The notes under the pieces are model-generated. The model saw only the letters and a program-made list of their open reading frames with translations, was not told where the DNA came from and ran no database searches. Shown piece by piece: positions 1-12,811 of a stretch of DNA of 64,000 nucleotides (positions within the stretch are counted from its first letter, which is position 1; each line of letters begins with the position of its first letter). Source of the DNA: Deinococcus sp. (GTDB lineage Bacteria > Deinococcota > Deinococci > Deinococcales > Deinococcaceae); contig OZ253375.1 of the NCBI GenBank assembly GCA_965261005.1, positions 1,280,001-1,344,000 on the forward strand. Reading direction: 5' to 3'. A program made the position numbers and the translations under genes.

Positions 1-374
1 AGCAGCGCCAGCGCCAAGCCCCAGAAGCCGAGCAACGCGGTGGGCTGCCCGAACAGGGCGCAGCCCATCAGAAATGGGACTGCCGGGGCCGAGGCGAGCT
101 GAATGCTCGCGCGCACCGCGCCGCCGAGGGCGGTGGCCTCTTCTCGCCGGCCGCGCGCGGCCAGCCAGAAGACCGCCCCAGCGAACAGGGCGGCCACAAC
201 TGACAAGGCCAGCAGAACTGCTTCACCCAGCGCCGCGCGCCGCCCGAAGGCGAGGCCCAGCAGCAGCCCCGGCGCCGCCAGCAGCGCAAAGGCGCTCAGG
301 TACGCTTGCCGCAGGGCGGCCAGCACGCGGCCCCGTGTAGGACGGGTGCCCAGATCACGCAGGCGAGAAAACAT
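1..374 (-). CDS. hypothetical membrane protein (partial, runs off the window start)
   Basis: Read manually from ATG at 374: [43 protein letters not shown]..., several hydrophobic segments, no stop before position 1; overlaps the ygfZ stop. Confidence 0.6.
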   Translation of the reverse strand, partial: MFSRLRDLGTRPTRGRVLAALRQAYLSAFALLAAPGLLLGLAFGRRAALGEAVLLALSVVAALFAGAVFWLAARGRREEATALGGAVRASIQLASAPAVPFLMGCALFGQPTALLGFWGLALAL

Positions 375-1209
375 CTCGCACCCGCGCGCTCTGCCCGCCG
401 ACCTCGACCTGCTCGCCCTCTTGCACCTCGGCGCGCAGTTTGACCAGCGCGCGCTTACCGACCGCGTGACCGCCCGTACCCACCGGCTTGCCCGCTAGCG
501 TCACCGGCGCGTAGGAGGGCAAGCCTTCCCCCTCCACGGCGGCGAGGCGAAAGCGGGCCTGGCCGCGCGCCTCCAAGCGGGCCATGATCTCCTGCCCGAC
601 GTAGCAGCCCTTGCGAAAGGAGACGGCCCCGACCAGGCCCACCTCCTGCGGCAAGCTGCCGTACCAATGGTCGCGCGCCACGTCGGGCACGCCGGCCAGG
701 ACGCGGGCGCGCTCCAGTTCCTCGGGCGGCGCCTCCTCACCGAGCTGGGCCAGCACGCCGTCCGAGTGCTCCGCCAGCACGTGCACATCCAGTCCCATCT
801 CCCCCGTGCGGTTCACGCGCGCCGCCAGCACCTGTGTGCCGGCCAGCTCGAACTGCTGGCAGTCGGGGCCGGCGGCGTCCCAGCCGGGCAGGTCCTGCGA
901 CCAGAGGTGCAGGGCGCTCAGGCGATCCGACAAGTCTGTGATCTCCACCTGGTCGAACACGACGTACTTGCGCAGCCGCGCCGCCAAGGCGGGCACCTCT
1001 TCACGTTCCAGGTGCAGGTACAGGTCCTCCTCGCGCTTGTAGACGCGGGCGAAGTGCTCGATCTGGCCGCGCACGTTCAGGAACAGGGCGGGCCGCATGC
1101 CGGGCACGGGCGCGCCGCGCAGGTCATTCGTCATCTGCCCCTGCGCGAAGTCCACGCGGTCGGGGCCGCTCAGGCGCAGCGCGCCGCTGGAAAGCCGGGT
1201 CCAAGTCAT
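355..1209 (-). CDS. ygfZ: YgfZ/GcvT-like folate-binding protein
   Basis: KGCYVGQE signature and [17 protein letters not shown]-terminus; leaderless TACCCT 6 nt before the ATG. Confidence 0.9.
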   Translation of the reverse strand: MTWTRLSSGALRLSGPDRVDFAQGQMTNDLRGAPVPGMRPALFLNVRGQIEHFARVYKREEDLYLHLEREEVPALAARLRKYVVFDQVEITDLSDRLSALHLWSQDLPGWDAAGPDCQQFELAGTQVLAARVNRTGEMGLDVHVLAEHSDGVLAQLGEEAPPEELERARVLAGVPDVARDHWYGSLPQEVGLVGAVSFRKGCYVGQEIMARLEARGQARFRLAAVEGEGLPSYAPVTLAGKPVGTGGHAVGKRALVKLRAEVQEGEQVEVGGQSARVRDVFSPA

Positions 1210-1279
1210 GGCGTCAGGGTAGGCCAGCGCCGGTCCGGTCGTGCGGACTTAGGTCACGCTCGTCCAAACGCGAACCGCG

Positions 1280-1678
1280 TCAGCGCGCCGCGAAGCGCCC
1301 CACCATGCTCTCCAACAGCGCCGCGTACCCGTCCAGGTTCTGGGGCTTCTTCAGATAAACAGAAGCGCCCGCCCGCGCGGCGGCGGCGCCGTCCCCGTCG
1401 CGGCCACGGCCGTCCCAAACCCACACGTCCAGGCCCTTGCCGCTTAGGGTGCGGGTCAGCGCGGTCCACTCGGCGTCTGGCACCAACAGGCTGAGCAGCG
1501 CGAGGTCCACCTGTTCGCGCTCCAGAACTTGCAGGGCGGAGCGCGCGGTGCCGGCGTGGCGAACGCGCAGGGCGAGCGCGCGGGCCGTGCAAATCTCTTC
1601 GAGCAGCAGCACGTCAAGTTCGTTGGGTTCGATGCACAGCAGCGTAACGGTGGGAACGGACAAGAGGCGCCGGGGCAC
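1280..1678 (-). CDS. single-domain receiver-like protein lacking the phospho-acceptor Asp
   Basis: CheY-like layout (LLCIEPN...VDLALLSLLVPD...GASVYLKKP); start uncertain. Confidence 0.7.
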   Translation of the reverse strand: MPRRLLSVPTVTLLCIEPNELDVLLLEEICTARALALRVRHAGTARSALQVLEREQVDLALLSLLVPDAEWTALTRTLSGKGLDVWVWDGRGRDGDGAAAARAGASVYLKKPQNLDGYAALLESMVGRFAAR

Positions 1679-1887
1679 GTCAGACGGTTCCCGGGCCGTT
1701 TGCCGAACCGAAAACCACCCGCCAAAGCGTCTGCACTATTGGGACCCGTCGCGCCCCAGAAAAAAAGCTTCCCACCCCGCCGCCTCACTTTCCAGCCTCA
1801 CCGACACCGTCACGGTATAGGGAAACTGTAAACAAGGGATTGTCACGGGCCTCTTACAAAAAGCTCACCCTCTTTATGCGTCGGGCT

Positions 1888-1940
1888 TCATACGGATTCC
1901 GCTCAATTCCGTACAGTACAGAAATTTTCGGAATTCTTAT
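1888..1940. repeat. short degenerate Deinococcus-type intergenic repeat (CATACGGATTCCG...CGGAATTCTTAT)
   Basis: Imperfect terminal inverted repeat in an AT-rich gap; the left end resembles, from memory, the TCATACGGATTCCG ends of Deinococcus small non-coding repeats. Confidence 0.35.
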
Positions 1941-2239
1941 TATTTATCGAATTGGTGGTAGCCGGCGGCGCTGCGGCGTTGGGCGCCGCGCGCGTAGTCG
2001 AGCTGCATCTCGATGTCCTCACGCGCGCCCTGGGCGAGCAGCTGCTTGGGCATCCAGTAATTCAGCTCGTCGTCGCCGAGCTGGACCCACAGCTTGTCAC
2101 CGTCTTGGCGGAAGACCACCCGGCCGAAGCCGTTGCGCTCCGCCCAAGCGCGCACGTCCGCCACAAAACGCGCCACGCCCTCCCCGGCGGGCTGGGACAA
2201 GGGACCACCCTGTTCGCTGCGAAACTCGACGTCGGCCAT
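1940..2239 (-). CDS. hypothetical protein (99 aa)
   Basis: Strong SD (AAGGAGGAG) before the ATG; globular-looking sequence. Confidence 0.75.
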   Translation of the reverse strand: MADVEFRSEQGGPLSQPAGEGVARFVADVRAWAERNGFGRVVFRQDGDKLWVQLGDDELNYWMPKQLLAQGAREDIEMQLDYARGAQRRSAAGYHQFDK

Positions 2240-2367
2240 GCCGCTCCTCCTTTTCTTTTTGGTTCTTTTCGGTCAAGGGAACGTTTGGTCAGGCTAACGC
2301 ACGCCGCGCCGCGCCAACGTGAAGCGCGCCGGCCCGTGAAGGCTTGCTCAACCGCTATGCTGCGGCC

Positions 2368-3162
2368 GTGCAGCAAGCTGCCCTCAAACTGACCACCCTG
2401 AACCTCAACGGGCTGCGCTCGGCGCTGCGAAAGGGGCTGGAAGGCTGGCTGGCGCGCGAGACGCCAAGTCTCTTGCTGCTGCAAGAGGTGCGCGCCGATC
2501 CTCAGCCGCAGCCCTTTCTCGACCTCGGCTACCACAGCGTTTGGGCGCCCGCCCAAAAGGCCGGTTACAGCGGCGTGGCCCTCTTGTCGCGCCGCGCGCC
2601 GGACGGTGTGGCGCTGGGCCTGGGTGACGCGGCCTTCGACGCCGAGGGCCGCGTGTTGCTGGCGCGCTTCGGCGACCTTGGCGTGGCGAGCGTCTACGTG
2701 CCCAGCGGCTCGTCGGGCGAGCTGAGACAAGCCTTTAAGGAGGCGTTTCTGGAGCGCTTCGCGGCCTGGACACAGGCCCAACTGGCGCGCGGTCCCCTGC
2801 TGATCGGCGGCGACCTGAACGTGGCGCACCAAGAGCTTGACCTCAAGAATTGGCGCGCCAACGGGAAGAACTCCGGCTTTCTGCCCCTGGAGCGCGCTTG
2901 GTTCACCCGGCTGCTGTCGCTGGGGCTGCACGACGTTCACCGCGAGACGCTGGGGCCGCGCGCCGAGTACACCTGGTGGTCGAACCGCGGCGGCGCCTTC
3001 GCCAACGACGTGGGCTGGCGGCTGGACTACCTGCTTTCTAGCGGGCTGGACGTGCGCGGGGCGAGCGCCGACAAAGCGGCGCGCCTGAGCGACCACGCGC
3101 CGCTGAGCGCCGTTCTCTGCGGCCCCGAGCGGGCCGTGCGGGCGCTCTCGGCCGCGCGCTGA
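2368..3162 (+). CDS. xth: exodeoxyribonuclease III / AP endonuclease
   Basis: TLNLNGLRS, LQEVR, GYSGVA, GDLNVAH, YTWWS, GWRLDY and SDHAP motifs; leaderless TATGCT 6 nt before GTG 2368. Confidence 0.92.
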   Translation: MQQAALKLTTLNLNGLRSALRKGLEGWLARETPSLLLLQEVRADPQPQPFLDLGYHSVWAPAQKAGYSGVALLSRRAPDGVALGLGDAAFDAEGRVLLARFGDLGVASVYVPSGSSGELRQAFKEAFLERFAAWTQAQLARGPLLIGGDLNVAHQELDLKNWRANGKNSGFLPLERAWFTRLLSLGLHDVHRETLGPRAEYTWWSNRGGAFANDVGWRLDYLLSSGLDVRGASADKAARLSDHAPLSAVLCGPERAVRALSAAR

Positions 3163-3170
3163 GGCCCGGA

Positions 3171-3179
3171 TGCTATACT
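3171..3179 (+). promoter_or_regulatory. extended -10 promoter (TGcTATACT) for rnr, implying a ~185-nt leader
   Basis: TGnTATACT just after the xth stop. Confidence 0.55.
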
Positions 3180-3370
3180 GAGCGCGGCCGAGACGGGCGC
3201 CGCGCCAAGGTGCGCGGGCGCCCCGGCTTTGAAGCGCCGAACGACCAGATTGGTGCGCGCAACGCGCGAGCTTCTGACCAGAACTCAATCTGACCCAGAA
3301 CCCAATTTGCGCACGAACCCGACCAGGTTCTTGCCCGTTCGTGACCGGCGCCCAGACCCATAGGTGTTGA

Positions 3371-6955
<3,585 letters not shown>

Positions 6956-6976
6956 CGTTCGGAGAAAGTAAAGAGC

Positions 6977-7004
6977 GGGCGGGCTGAATCAGCCCGCCCC
7001 TTTT
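6977..7004. terminator. intrinsic terminator between convergent rnr and methyltransferase
   Basis: GGGCGGGCTG-AAT-CAGCCCGCCC hairpin followed by CTTTT. Confidence 0.8.
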
Positions 7005-7681
7005 CACGTACTACAGAGGACCAGCTCGGCGCGGTCCTCGAAGAAGTCCTGGCCGGCGAGAGCGGCGGACACGGCTTTGCGGACGCGCCGCCACTCGTTC
7101 GCGTCCGGGTCAAAAGCGCTTCGGTAGCTGTCGAGCAGGGCCAGCACGTCGTTTGGAGTGAAGCGCACGGGCGCGCTCAAGCACTGAATCTTGGGCACGA
7201 GGCCGGCCGCTTTGAGCAAGCCGGCCAAACGATCCTCCAATAGTTCGGCCGGCACCTCGCCTTTTTCACGGGTCAAACCCCAGAAGTTCGCCAAATGTCC
7301 CGAGCTGTTGCTGGTGGCGACCAGCCGCCCGCCAGGGCGCAGCACACGCCGAGCTTCCGCCAAGGCGCGCGGCGCGTCCAGGTGGAACAGCGACTGAAAA
7401 AAACCCACGGCGTCGAACGTGTTGGCGGCAAACGGCAGGGCTTCGGCCGCGCCAACGAACCATTCCACGTCTGTTTCCGGCGGCCGTACCAAATCGAGAC
7501 CGACCAGCCGCCCCGCGTGTCCATTCACGCGCAGCCGCTTTAGCAGCGCTCCCTTCCCGGCTCCCACGTCGAGCAGGTCGGCTCGTGTGGATAACGCCAG
7601 CACCCGCAGCAGCCGCTCTTCGAGGCTGGACCCGAGGGCGGCGCGGTCCAGCAGCGCACGGCGCCTCTCGTGGGGCGTCAC
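7004..7681 (-). CDS. class I SAM-dependent methyltransferase, last gene of the Wadjet operon
   Basis: LLDVGAGKG motif I, AEALPFAANTFD, RVLRPGGRL; GTG 7681 overlaps the jetD TGA (GTGA). Confidence 0.85.
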   Translation of the reverse strand: MTPHERRRALLDRAALGSSLEERLLRVLALSTRADLLDVGAGKGALLKRLRVNGHAGRLVGLDLVRPPETDVEWFVGAAEALPFAANTFDAVGFFQSLFHLDAPRALAEARRVLRPGGRLVATSNSSGHLANFWGLTREKGEVPAELLEDRLAGLLKAAGLVPKIQCLSAPVRFTPNDVLALLDSYRSAFDPDANEWRRVRKAVSAALAGQDFFEDRAELVLCST

Positions 7682-8820
7682 CCCTCCACCTTCCTCACGA
7701 CGTCCTCGACGAGTTCGGGCAGCAGGGTTTCCTGATGGGCGCCCCTGTTGCGGCGCAGCATGGCGGCCACCAGGTCGGGAAATAGGGCGGCCTGCCCCGC
7801 CACCTCTGCCCCCACGGGAACGCCGCCCGAGCGGGCCAGGGCCATGTCCAAATCGGGCGCATCCATGCGCCACGGCCGGACGCGGCGGCCCAGTGCGCCC
7901 ACCAAGCGCGCGGCGATGCGCAAACCGCCCAAGTCGAGGTCGCAGCTGACCCACACCTCCGTGCCGACCGTACATTTGGACAGCAGCGCCATGCCTGCCG
8001 CGCTGGGCTGGCCGGAGGTGCACAGCAGCGTCGCCTCTGTACCCAAGGCGTCCAGCAGGGCCTCGAACGGGGCCGGGTTCTCGACGATCCAGAGCGTGTT
8101 GTTCAGCGCCGAAACTTTGTCTAGGCGGTCCACCTCGCGCCACGGCAGCCACAGCGCCCGCCCGGAGGTCGCCTTCAGCCAGCTTTCCCCGCACAGATTG
8201 GCGACCAGCACGCTCGACGACACGCCGTCGCGCGGGGGCGGGGCCAAGTCCAGGGTCAGGTAGGCCGCTTCCAGCAGCTGACCGGCCGGGCGGTCGGGGT
8301 CGAGGGCGTGGGCGTCCCCGGCGAGGTTAGCCGCCAGCACCGGCAGACGCCCGGCCGCTTGGTCCCTGAGCACGTCCAGCGCCCGCGCGACCAGCAGCAA
8401 CTTCCCCGGCAAGTCCGGCTCGTCCAACATGCGGCGCAGCAGCCCGGCACCGGCCTCGCCATGTTCCAGCGCCGCGCGCCACTCGGGATCGGGCACGTCG
8501 GCCAGCAGGACGGCAAAGGCGGCGTCCCGGTCAACCCTCGCTTGACGCCGAACGACAATGGGGCCGCCGTTCAGCGCCTCCAGCACCTCTGGCAACCCGA
8601 CCCCGTAGCGGCTGCGCCGCAGCGCGGCGTCCACTTCGGCGAGGTCGAGCGTACACGTGTCCCGCCCGGTCAGCCGGAAGAGGGCGTCCCAAGCGGGCGC
8701 GGCGAGCTGCGGGCGGCTGCGGCCGAGCGCGCCGTCGCGCTTGTAGCGGGCCAGCGCCGCCTCCAGCACCGGGCGCAACCCGGCGCGTTCCAGCTCGGCC
8801 AGCGCTTCCCCCGGCCTCAC
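7678..8820 (-). CDS. jetD: Wadjet type II JetD (TIGR02679; DUF3323/DUF2399 TOPRIM nuclease)
   Basis: GDAHALD, IVENPAPF, LLCTSGQPS, DLDLGGLRIA, PWRMD and HQE motifs; position after the SMC ATPase. Confidence 0.85.
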   Translation of the reverse strand: MRPGEALAELERAGLRPVLEAALARYKRDGALGRSRPQLAAPAWDALFRLTGRDTCTLDLAEVDAALRRSRYGVGLPEVLEALNGGPIVVRRQARVDRDAAFAVLLADVPDPEWRAALEHGEAGAGLLRRMLDEPDLPGKLLLVARALDVLRDQAAGRLPVLAANLAGDAHALDPDRPAGQLLEAAYLTLDLAPPPRDGVSSSVLVANLCGESWLKATSGRALWLPWREVDRLDKVSALNNTLWIVENPAPFEALLDALGTEATLLCTSGQPSAAGMALLSKCTVGTEVWVSCDLDLGGLRIAARLVGALGRRVRPWRMDAPDLDMALARSGGVPVGAEVAGQAALFPDLVAAMLRRNRGAHQETLLPELVEDVVRKVEG

Positions 8821-8822
8821 CC

Positions 8823-11800
8823 TTACAGCCCCAGTTTGGCGCCGTCCTGCTGCGCGCTGCCGTTCCACACGAAGCTCAGGCTGCTCACGCCGTCCCCCTT
8901 GCCGGAGCTGGCCCGAAACAGCTGATAGGTGGCGGCGGCCGGCAAGGCGCGGCTGAGGTCGATGCGCCGCTCGCTGGTGGCGATCCAGCTGAGATCGAGG
9001 GCGGTCATGACCTCGTATAAGGCGCCGATGTTCTCTAAGTCCATGCCAGCAAAAGCCTCGTCAATGCCGACCAAGCGCGGCACCTCCGGCCCCAGCGAAT
9101 CGAAGCGCGCGCCCAAGGCGGCGAACAGAAAGGTGTACAGCACCGCCGAGCGCTCGCCGCCGCTGCGCTGGGCAAAGGCGCGGTCGGTGATCTCGCGCCG
9201 GCGCGCGCTCGTTTCGTCCTTGTCCACCAGGGCGAAAAAGCGGAAGCCGTACCACTCGCGGTAATCGAGGGCGCGCTCCAGGGTCTGCGCGAAGGAGACC
9301 TCGGGACTTGGCACCTCGCGCAGGCGGCGCACCAGGGCGCGAACCTCGGCGCGCACGGCGGCCCTCCAGCTGTCGGGCTGGTGAATGGGGGCCGTCTTGC
9401 CGTCCAGCAAACCGGCCAGCGCGTGCTCGTGGCCCGGCTCGGAGCGGTTGGCGTGCCACTCCAAGTCCAGCCGCTCGCCGTGAAAGCGCAGCTTGCGCAG
9501 GGTGGCGCGCACGCTCTCCACCCACGTTCGCGCGTCGCGCAGACGTTGATCGAGGTCTTCGGTGAGCACCTCGATCAGCTCGTCGCCGAACACCCGCGCC
9601 TCCTCGTCCGACATCAAGTGCTGGGCGCGGCTCAACTCGGCGGCCAGCGACGCCAGCAACTCGTCGGGAGAGGCGGGCTGGCCGTCCAATCGGAAGCGCG
9701 GCCCGTTCGGCGTAAAGGCGGGCGCGAAGCTCTCGGGCGTCTCCAGGCGGTGCTTGTGCAGCTCGAACACGTCGCGCGAGGCGGCGGCCGAGGTGGCGGC
9801 GGCCCGCTCCAGGGCGTCCACAGGCTCGTCCGAGGTCAGGTCCAGCTCGCCGAGACGCGGGTGGGCCGAGAGGGCGGCGCTCAGGCGCGCGGCGGCCCCC
9901 TCCAACTCGGCCTGCCTCGCGCTCAAGTCGCGCTCCAAGGCGGGCAGCTGCTCGCCCAGAATGCGCAGACGTTCGCGCGCCCCGGCCAGGCGCCGCGCCA
10001 GGTCGTTCCGTTCGCGCTCGGCCGCGTCCAGCGCGGCGCGGGCGCGGCGCAGTCGGGCGCGCACCTCGGCGGCGTCGGGGGTTTCGAGCTGGGCGCGCAG
10101 GTCCCTCAGGGCGTCGGCGAGGGCGTCGCGGGTGACTTCCAAGCTGGCGCGCTCGCCCGTCAGACGCTCCCCCTCCGCGCGCGCCTCGGCCTCGCGCTCG
10201 CGCAAGTCGGCCAGCGTTCCCTCGGCGCGCGTGACGGCCGCCTCTACCTCGCGCGCCCTCCTCGCCTCTTCCCCGGCCGAGCGCCAATCCTGCCGGGCCA
10301 CCTCGAAGCCGGGCCGCCCCGGCTGCGGCACGCCGAGCCGTTCAAAGGCGCCACCGAGGGCGAGCAGCGCCCCCTCGGCCTCGCGCCGGGCCACTTGCAG
10401 GTCTCCTGAGGCGCGGTCGTGCGCCTCGGCGTAGAGGGCGAAGGCGGCGCGCGCCCGGTCACGCTCGGCGGCGGCCCGCTCGCGCTCGCGGGTCTCGGGG
10501 CGAGCGCCTTGCAAGCGCGCCCAGGCTTCGGACAGCCGCCCGACTTCGGCGCCCGACTGCGCCTCGCGTTCGCGCGCCCCGTCCAGGGCGTTTTCCAACT
10601 CCCCAATCTGGCCGGCCAGCTCCTCCAGCTGCCGCCCCCGCTCGCGCTCGCGCGCCGAGCTGCCCAGGTAGCGCAACGTCCCCGCTGGCGCGCCGCCCGC
10701 CAGCAGACCGGCCACCCAAGCGCCGTCCGGGGCGACAAAGGGTTCGCCGGTTGGCCGGGGAGCGAGCGAAATGGAGCGCAACAGGTCGAGGGTGCCCGCT
10801 GGAGCGCCGTCCTCCGGCTCTAGCACCTCGGCCAAGCTCTCGGGAGCGGCCCCGCCCGGCAGCAGCAGCGCGTCCGCCAGCTGTTCGGCGCGCAGCAGCT
10901 CCAGGGCGCGTTCCCGCGCCTCCGGCGCGACCAAGAGCGCGCTCAGCAAGCCGGCCGCCTGCAAGCCCGCCTCCAGCTGGCCCAAGCTCGCCCCGTCCCC
11001 CTTGGGGCGCACGGCGGCGTAGAGCGGCAGGTGGGCGATGCCCGCCCCGGTCAGCAGTTCCTCCGCCCGCGCCCGGTCCGCCGGCAGCGCCGGAGCGGCC
11101 TCCCCGCCCGCCTCCAACTCGGCCTGACGCGCCCGAAGGTGCTCCAGGTCGGTTTCCAAGGCGCGCCGAACGTCACGCGCCGCGTCCAGCGCCGCCCCGG
11201 CCGCCCCCGATAGTTCCGCGAAGTGCGGCTGCAAGATGTCCAGCGCCTCGAAGGGGGCGCCCTCGCCCTCCAAAGCGCTTTGGTAGGCGTCCAACACTTC
11301 TTCTGACGGCCCCAGCCCCTCGCTTGCCAAGTCGGCCAGGTTCGCGGCCGTCTCCTGCAAGACCGCCTCGAAGTCGGCGGTGCGGGCCTCCAGCGCCTCA
11401 CGCGCCCCGGCGGCGCGTTCCTCGGCGCGCTTCGCCTCGGCCTCGCGGTCGGAGAGGCGTTCGGTGTCGCGCTCAAAGGCGCGCAGCGCCCCCTCGGCGG
11501 CGTTCAGGGCGCCTTCGCGCGCCGCCAAGCTGGCCGCGCCGGACCACCACGGCCGAACCTGCAACGCCGCGCGCACGGCCTCCAACTCCGCGCCGTCCGC
11601 TCGCAGGCGGTCGGCCACCTCGCGCGCCCCAGTTTGAGCGCGGCTCAGGCGCTCCTCTTCCCGCCTCTGTGAGGAGCGGTTGCGCTCTAAGTCGCGCCGG
11701 GCGCCCTCCAGCTGGTCCTCGACCGACTTCAGCGCGCCCTCGGCGTCGTAGACTTGGCGCTCCAAGGTCGAGACCTCCACCCGCAGGGCGTCACCGTCGC

Positions 11801-12794
11801 GGGCCAGCTCTCCTTCGCGGGCGGCGTCCGTTCGCTCCTCGGCGGCCAGCTGGTCACGGGCTGTCAAGGCCTCGCCCAAGCGCACCCGGCTAACATCCAG
11901 CCCCGCACGCGCCAACCGTTCGCGCGCCGCCGCCAGGGTGGCGCCCATACGCACCCCCTCAAAGTGCGCCCCCGCAATAACGCGCGCCGCCTCGGCCTGG
12001 CCCTCGACCAACTCCAGGCGCAGCGCGTGGCGGTCAATGCTCTCGATACCTTCGCTGAGCTGGCCCAGCACCCCTGGCGACACCGGGGGCAGCGAGCGGC
12101 GCAGCAGCAGCTCGATCTGGCTGGGCCGCACCTCGCGCCCCAGCTTGGAGCCGCGCACGGTCAGCAGCAGCTCCAGCAAGTTGCGGTAATCGGCCTCGCT
12201 CGTCCCCGCGCCGAAGAGGTTCTTGCGGACCAGCGCGGCGTACTCCTCCTGCCCCTGCACGACCGCGCCGCCCAGCTTCTCAATGCGCTCCCCCAGGGCG
12301 CGCGGCGACAGCGGCAGGTCGTCTTGCAAGAGGGACAGCCCCCCCTGCGCCTGCACCCGGCCCGGCAGAAAAAAGCCCCACTTGCGAATCTCGCGGCTGC
12401 CCTCGCTGGCCTGTAGGCCCAATCCCACGGTCTTGTGGTCCCCCGCCGGCGACACGAACTCCAGCGCCAAGTAGGCGCGGCGGTTCTCAAAGGCAAACCC
12501 CGCCTCGGCGTCGCCCAGCAGGTAATAGCGCACCGAGCGCCGCGTGCCGCCGAAGGGGTCGAGGCGCGCCGGGCTGGAGTCGCCGTCGAGCAGCATGGTG
12601 ATGGCCGCCGTCAGGCCGGTGGACTTGCCCGAGCCGTTGTGCCCGGTCAGAAAGAGGCGGCCCTGCACGAAGTGAAAGACCTGGACGTTGTACAGCCAGT
12701 AGTTCACCAGGATCAGGCGGGTCGGCAACAGGCCCTTGGTTTGGCGGCTCAGCAGCGCGTCCAAGTCGGGCCGGGTAAAGAGGCTGGCGGTCAT
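8823..12794 (-). CDS. jetC: Wadjet type II JetC SMC-like ATPase (TIGR02680)
   Basis: Walker A GHNGSGKS, long coiled coils, LDYREWY, signature RSGGERS, Walker B LVGIDEAFAGMD. Confidence 0.9.
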   Translation of the reverse strand: MTASLFTRPDLDALLSRQTKGLLPTRLILVNYWLYNVQVFHFVQGRLFLTGHNGSGKSTGLTAAITMLLDGDSSPARLDPFGGTRRSVRYYLLGDAEAGFAFENRRAYLALEFVSPAGDHKTVGLGLQASEGSREIRKWGFFLPGRVQAQGGLSLLQDDLPLSPRALGERIEKLGGAVVQGQEEYAALVRKNLFGAGTSEADYRNLLELLLTVRGSKLGREVRPSQIELLLRRSLPPVSPGVLGQLSEGIESIDRHALRLELVEGQAEAARVIAGAHFEGVRMGATLAAARERLARAGLDVSRVRLGEALTARDQLAAEERTDAAREGELARDGDALRVEVSTLERQVYDAEGALKSVEDQLEGARRDLERNRSSQRREEERLSRAQTGAREVADRLRADGAELEAVRAALQVRPWWSGAASLAAREGALNAAEGALRAFERDTERLSDREAEAKRAEERAAGAREALEARTADFEAVLQETAANLADLASEGLGPSEEVLDAYQSALEGEGAPFEALDILQPHFAELSGAAGAALDAARDVRRALETDLEHLRARQAELEAGGEAAPALPADRARAEELLTGAGIAHLPLYAAVRPKGDGASLGQLEAGLQAAGLLSALLVAPEARERALELLRAEQLADALLLPGGAAPESLAEVLEPEDGAPAGTLDLLRSISLAPRPTGEPFVAPDGAWVAGLLAGGAPAGTLRYLGSSARERERGRQLEELAGQIGELENALDGAREREAQSGAEVGRLSEAWARLQGARPETRERERAAAERDRARAAFALYAEAHDRASGDLQVARREAEGALLALGGAFERLGVPQPGRPGFEVARQDWRSAGEEARRAREVEAAVTRAEGTLADLREREAEARAEGERLTGERASLEVTRDALADALRDLRAQLETPDAAEVRARLRRARAALDAAERERNDLARRLAGARERLRILGEQLPALERDLSARQAELEGAAARLSAALSAHPRLGELDLTSDEPVDALERAAATSAAASRDVFELHKHRLETPESFAPAFTPNGPRFRLDGQPASPDELLASLAAELSRAQHLMSDEEARVFGDELIEVLTEDLDQRLRDARTWVESVRATLRKLRFHGERLDLEWHANRSEPGHEHALAGLLDGKTAPIHQPDSWRAAVRAEVRALVRRLREVPSPEVSFAQTLERALDYREWYGFRFFALVDKDETSARRREITDRAFAQRSGGERSAVLYTFLFAALGARFDSLGPEVPRLVGIDEAFAGMDLENIGALYEVMTALDLSWIATSERRIDLSRALPAAATYQLFRASSGKGDGVSSLSFVWNGSAQQDGAKLGL

Positions 12795-12800
12795 GGCGGT

Positions 12801-12809
12801 ATGCTACCA
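12801..12809 (-). promoter_or_regulatory. internal extended -10 (TGgTAGCAT) 6 nt upstream of the jetC ATG (leaderless geometry)
   Basis: Minus strand reads TGGTAGCAT-ACCGCC-ATG within the 17-bp jetB-jetC gap; no SD. Confidence 0.55.
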
Positions 12810-12811
12810 AC

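Noticed and set aside
3240..3350. Repeats upstream of rnr, and the 15-nt repeats in rnr and rpsA, as a CRISPR array
   Set aside because: Units are short and degenerate with no unique spacers; no cas genes in the window
7004..8194. 396-aa version of the methyltransferase and 638-aa version of jetB in the ORF track
   Set aside because: The N-terminal extensions are off-frame read-through within the upstream genes; stop-overlapping starts at 7681 and 13921 fit better
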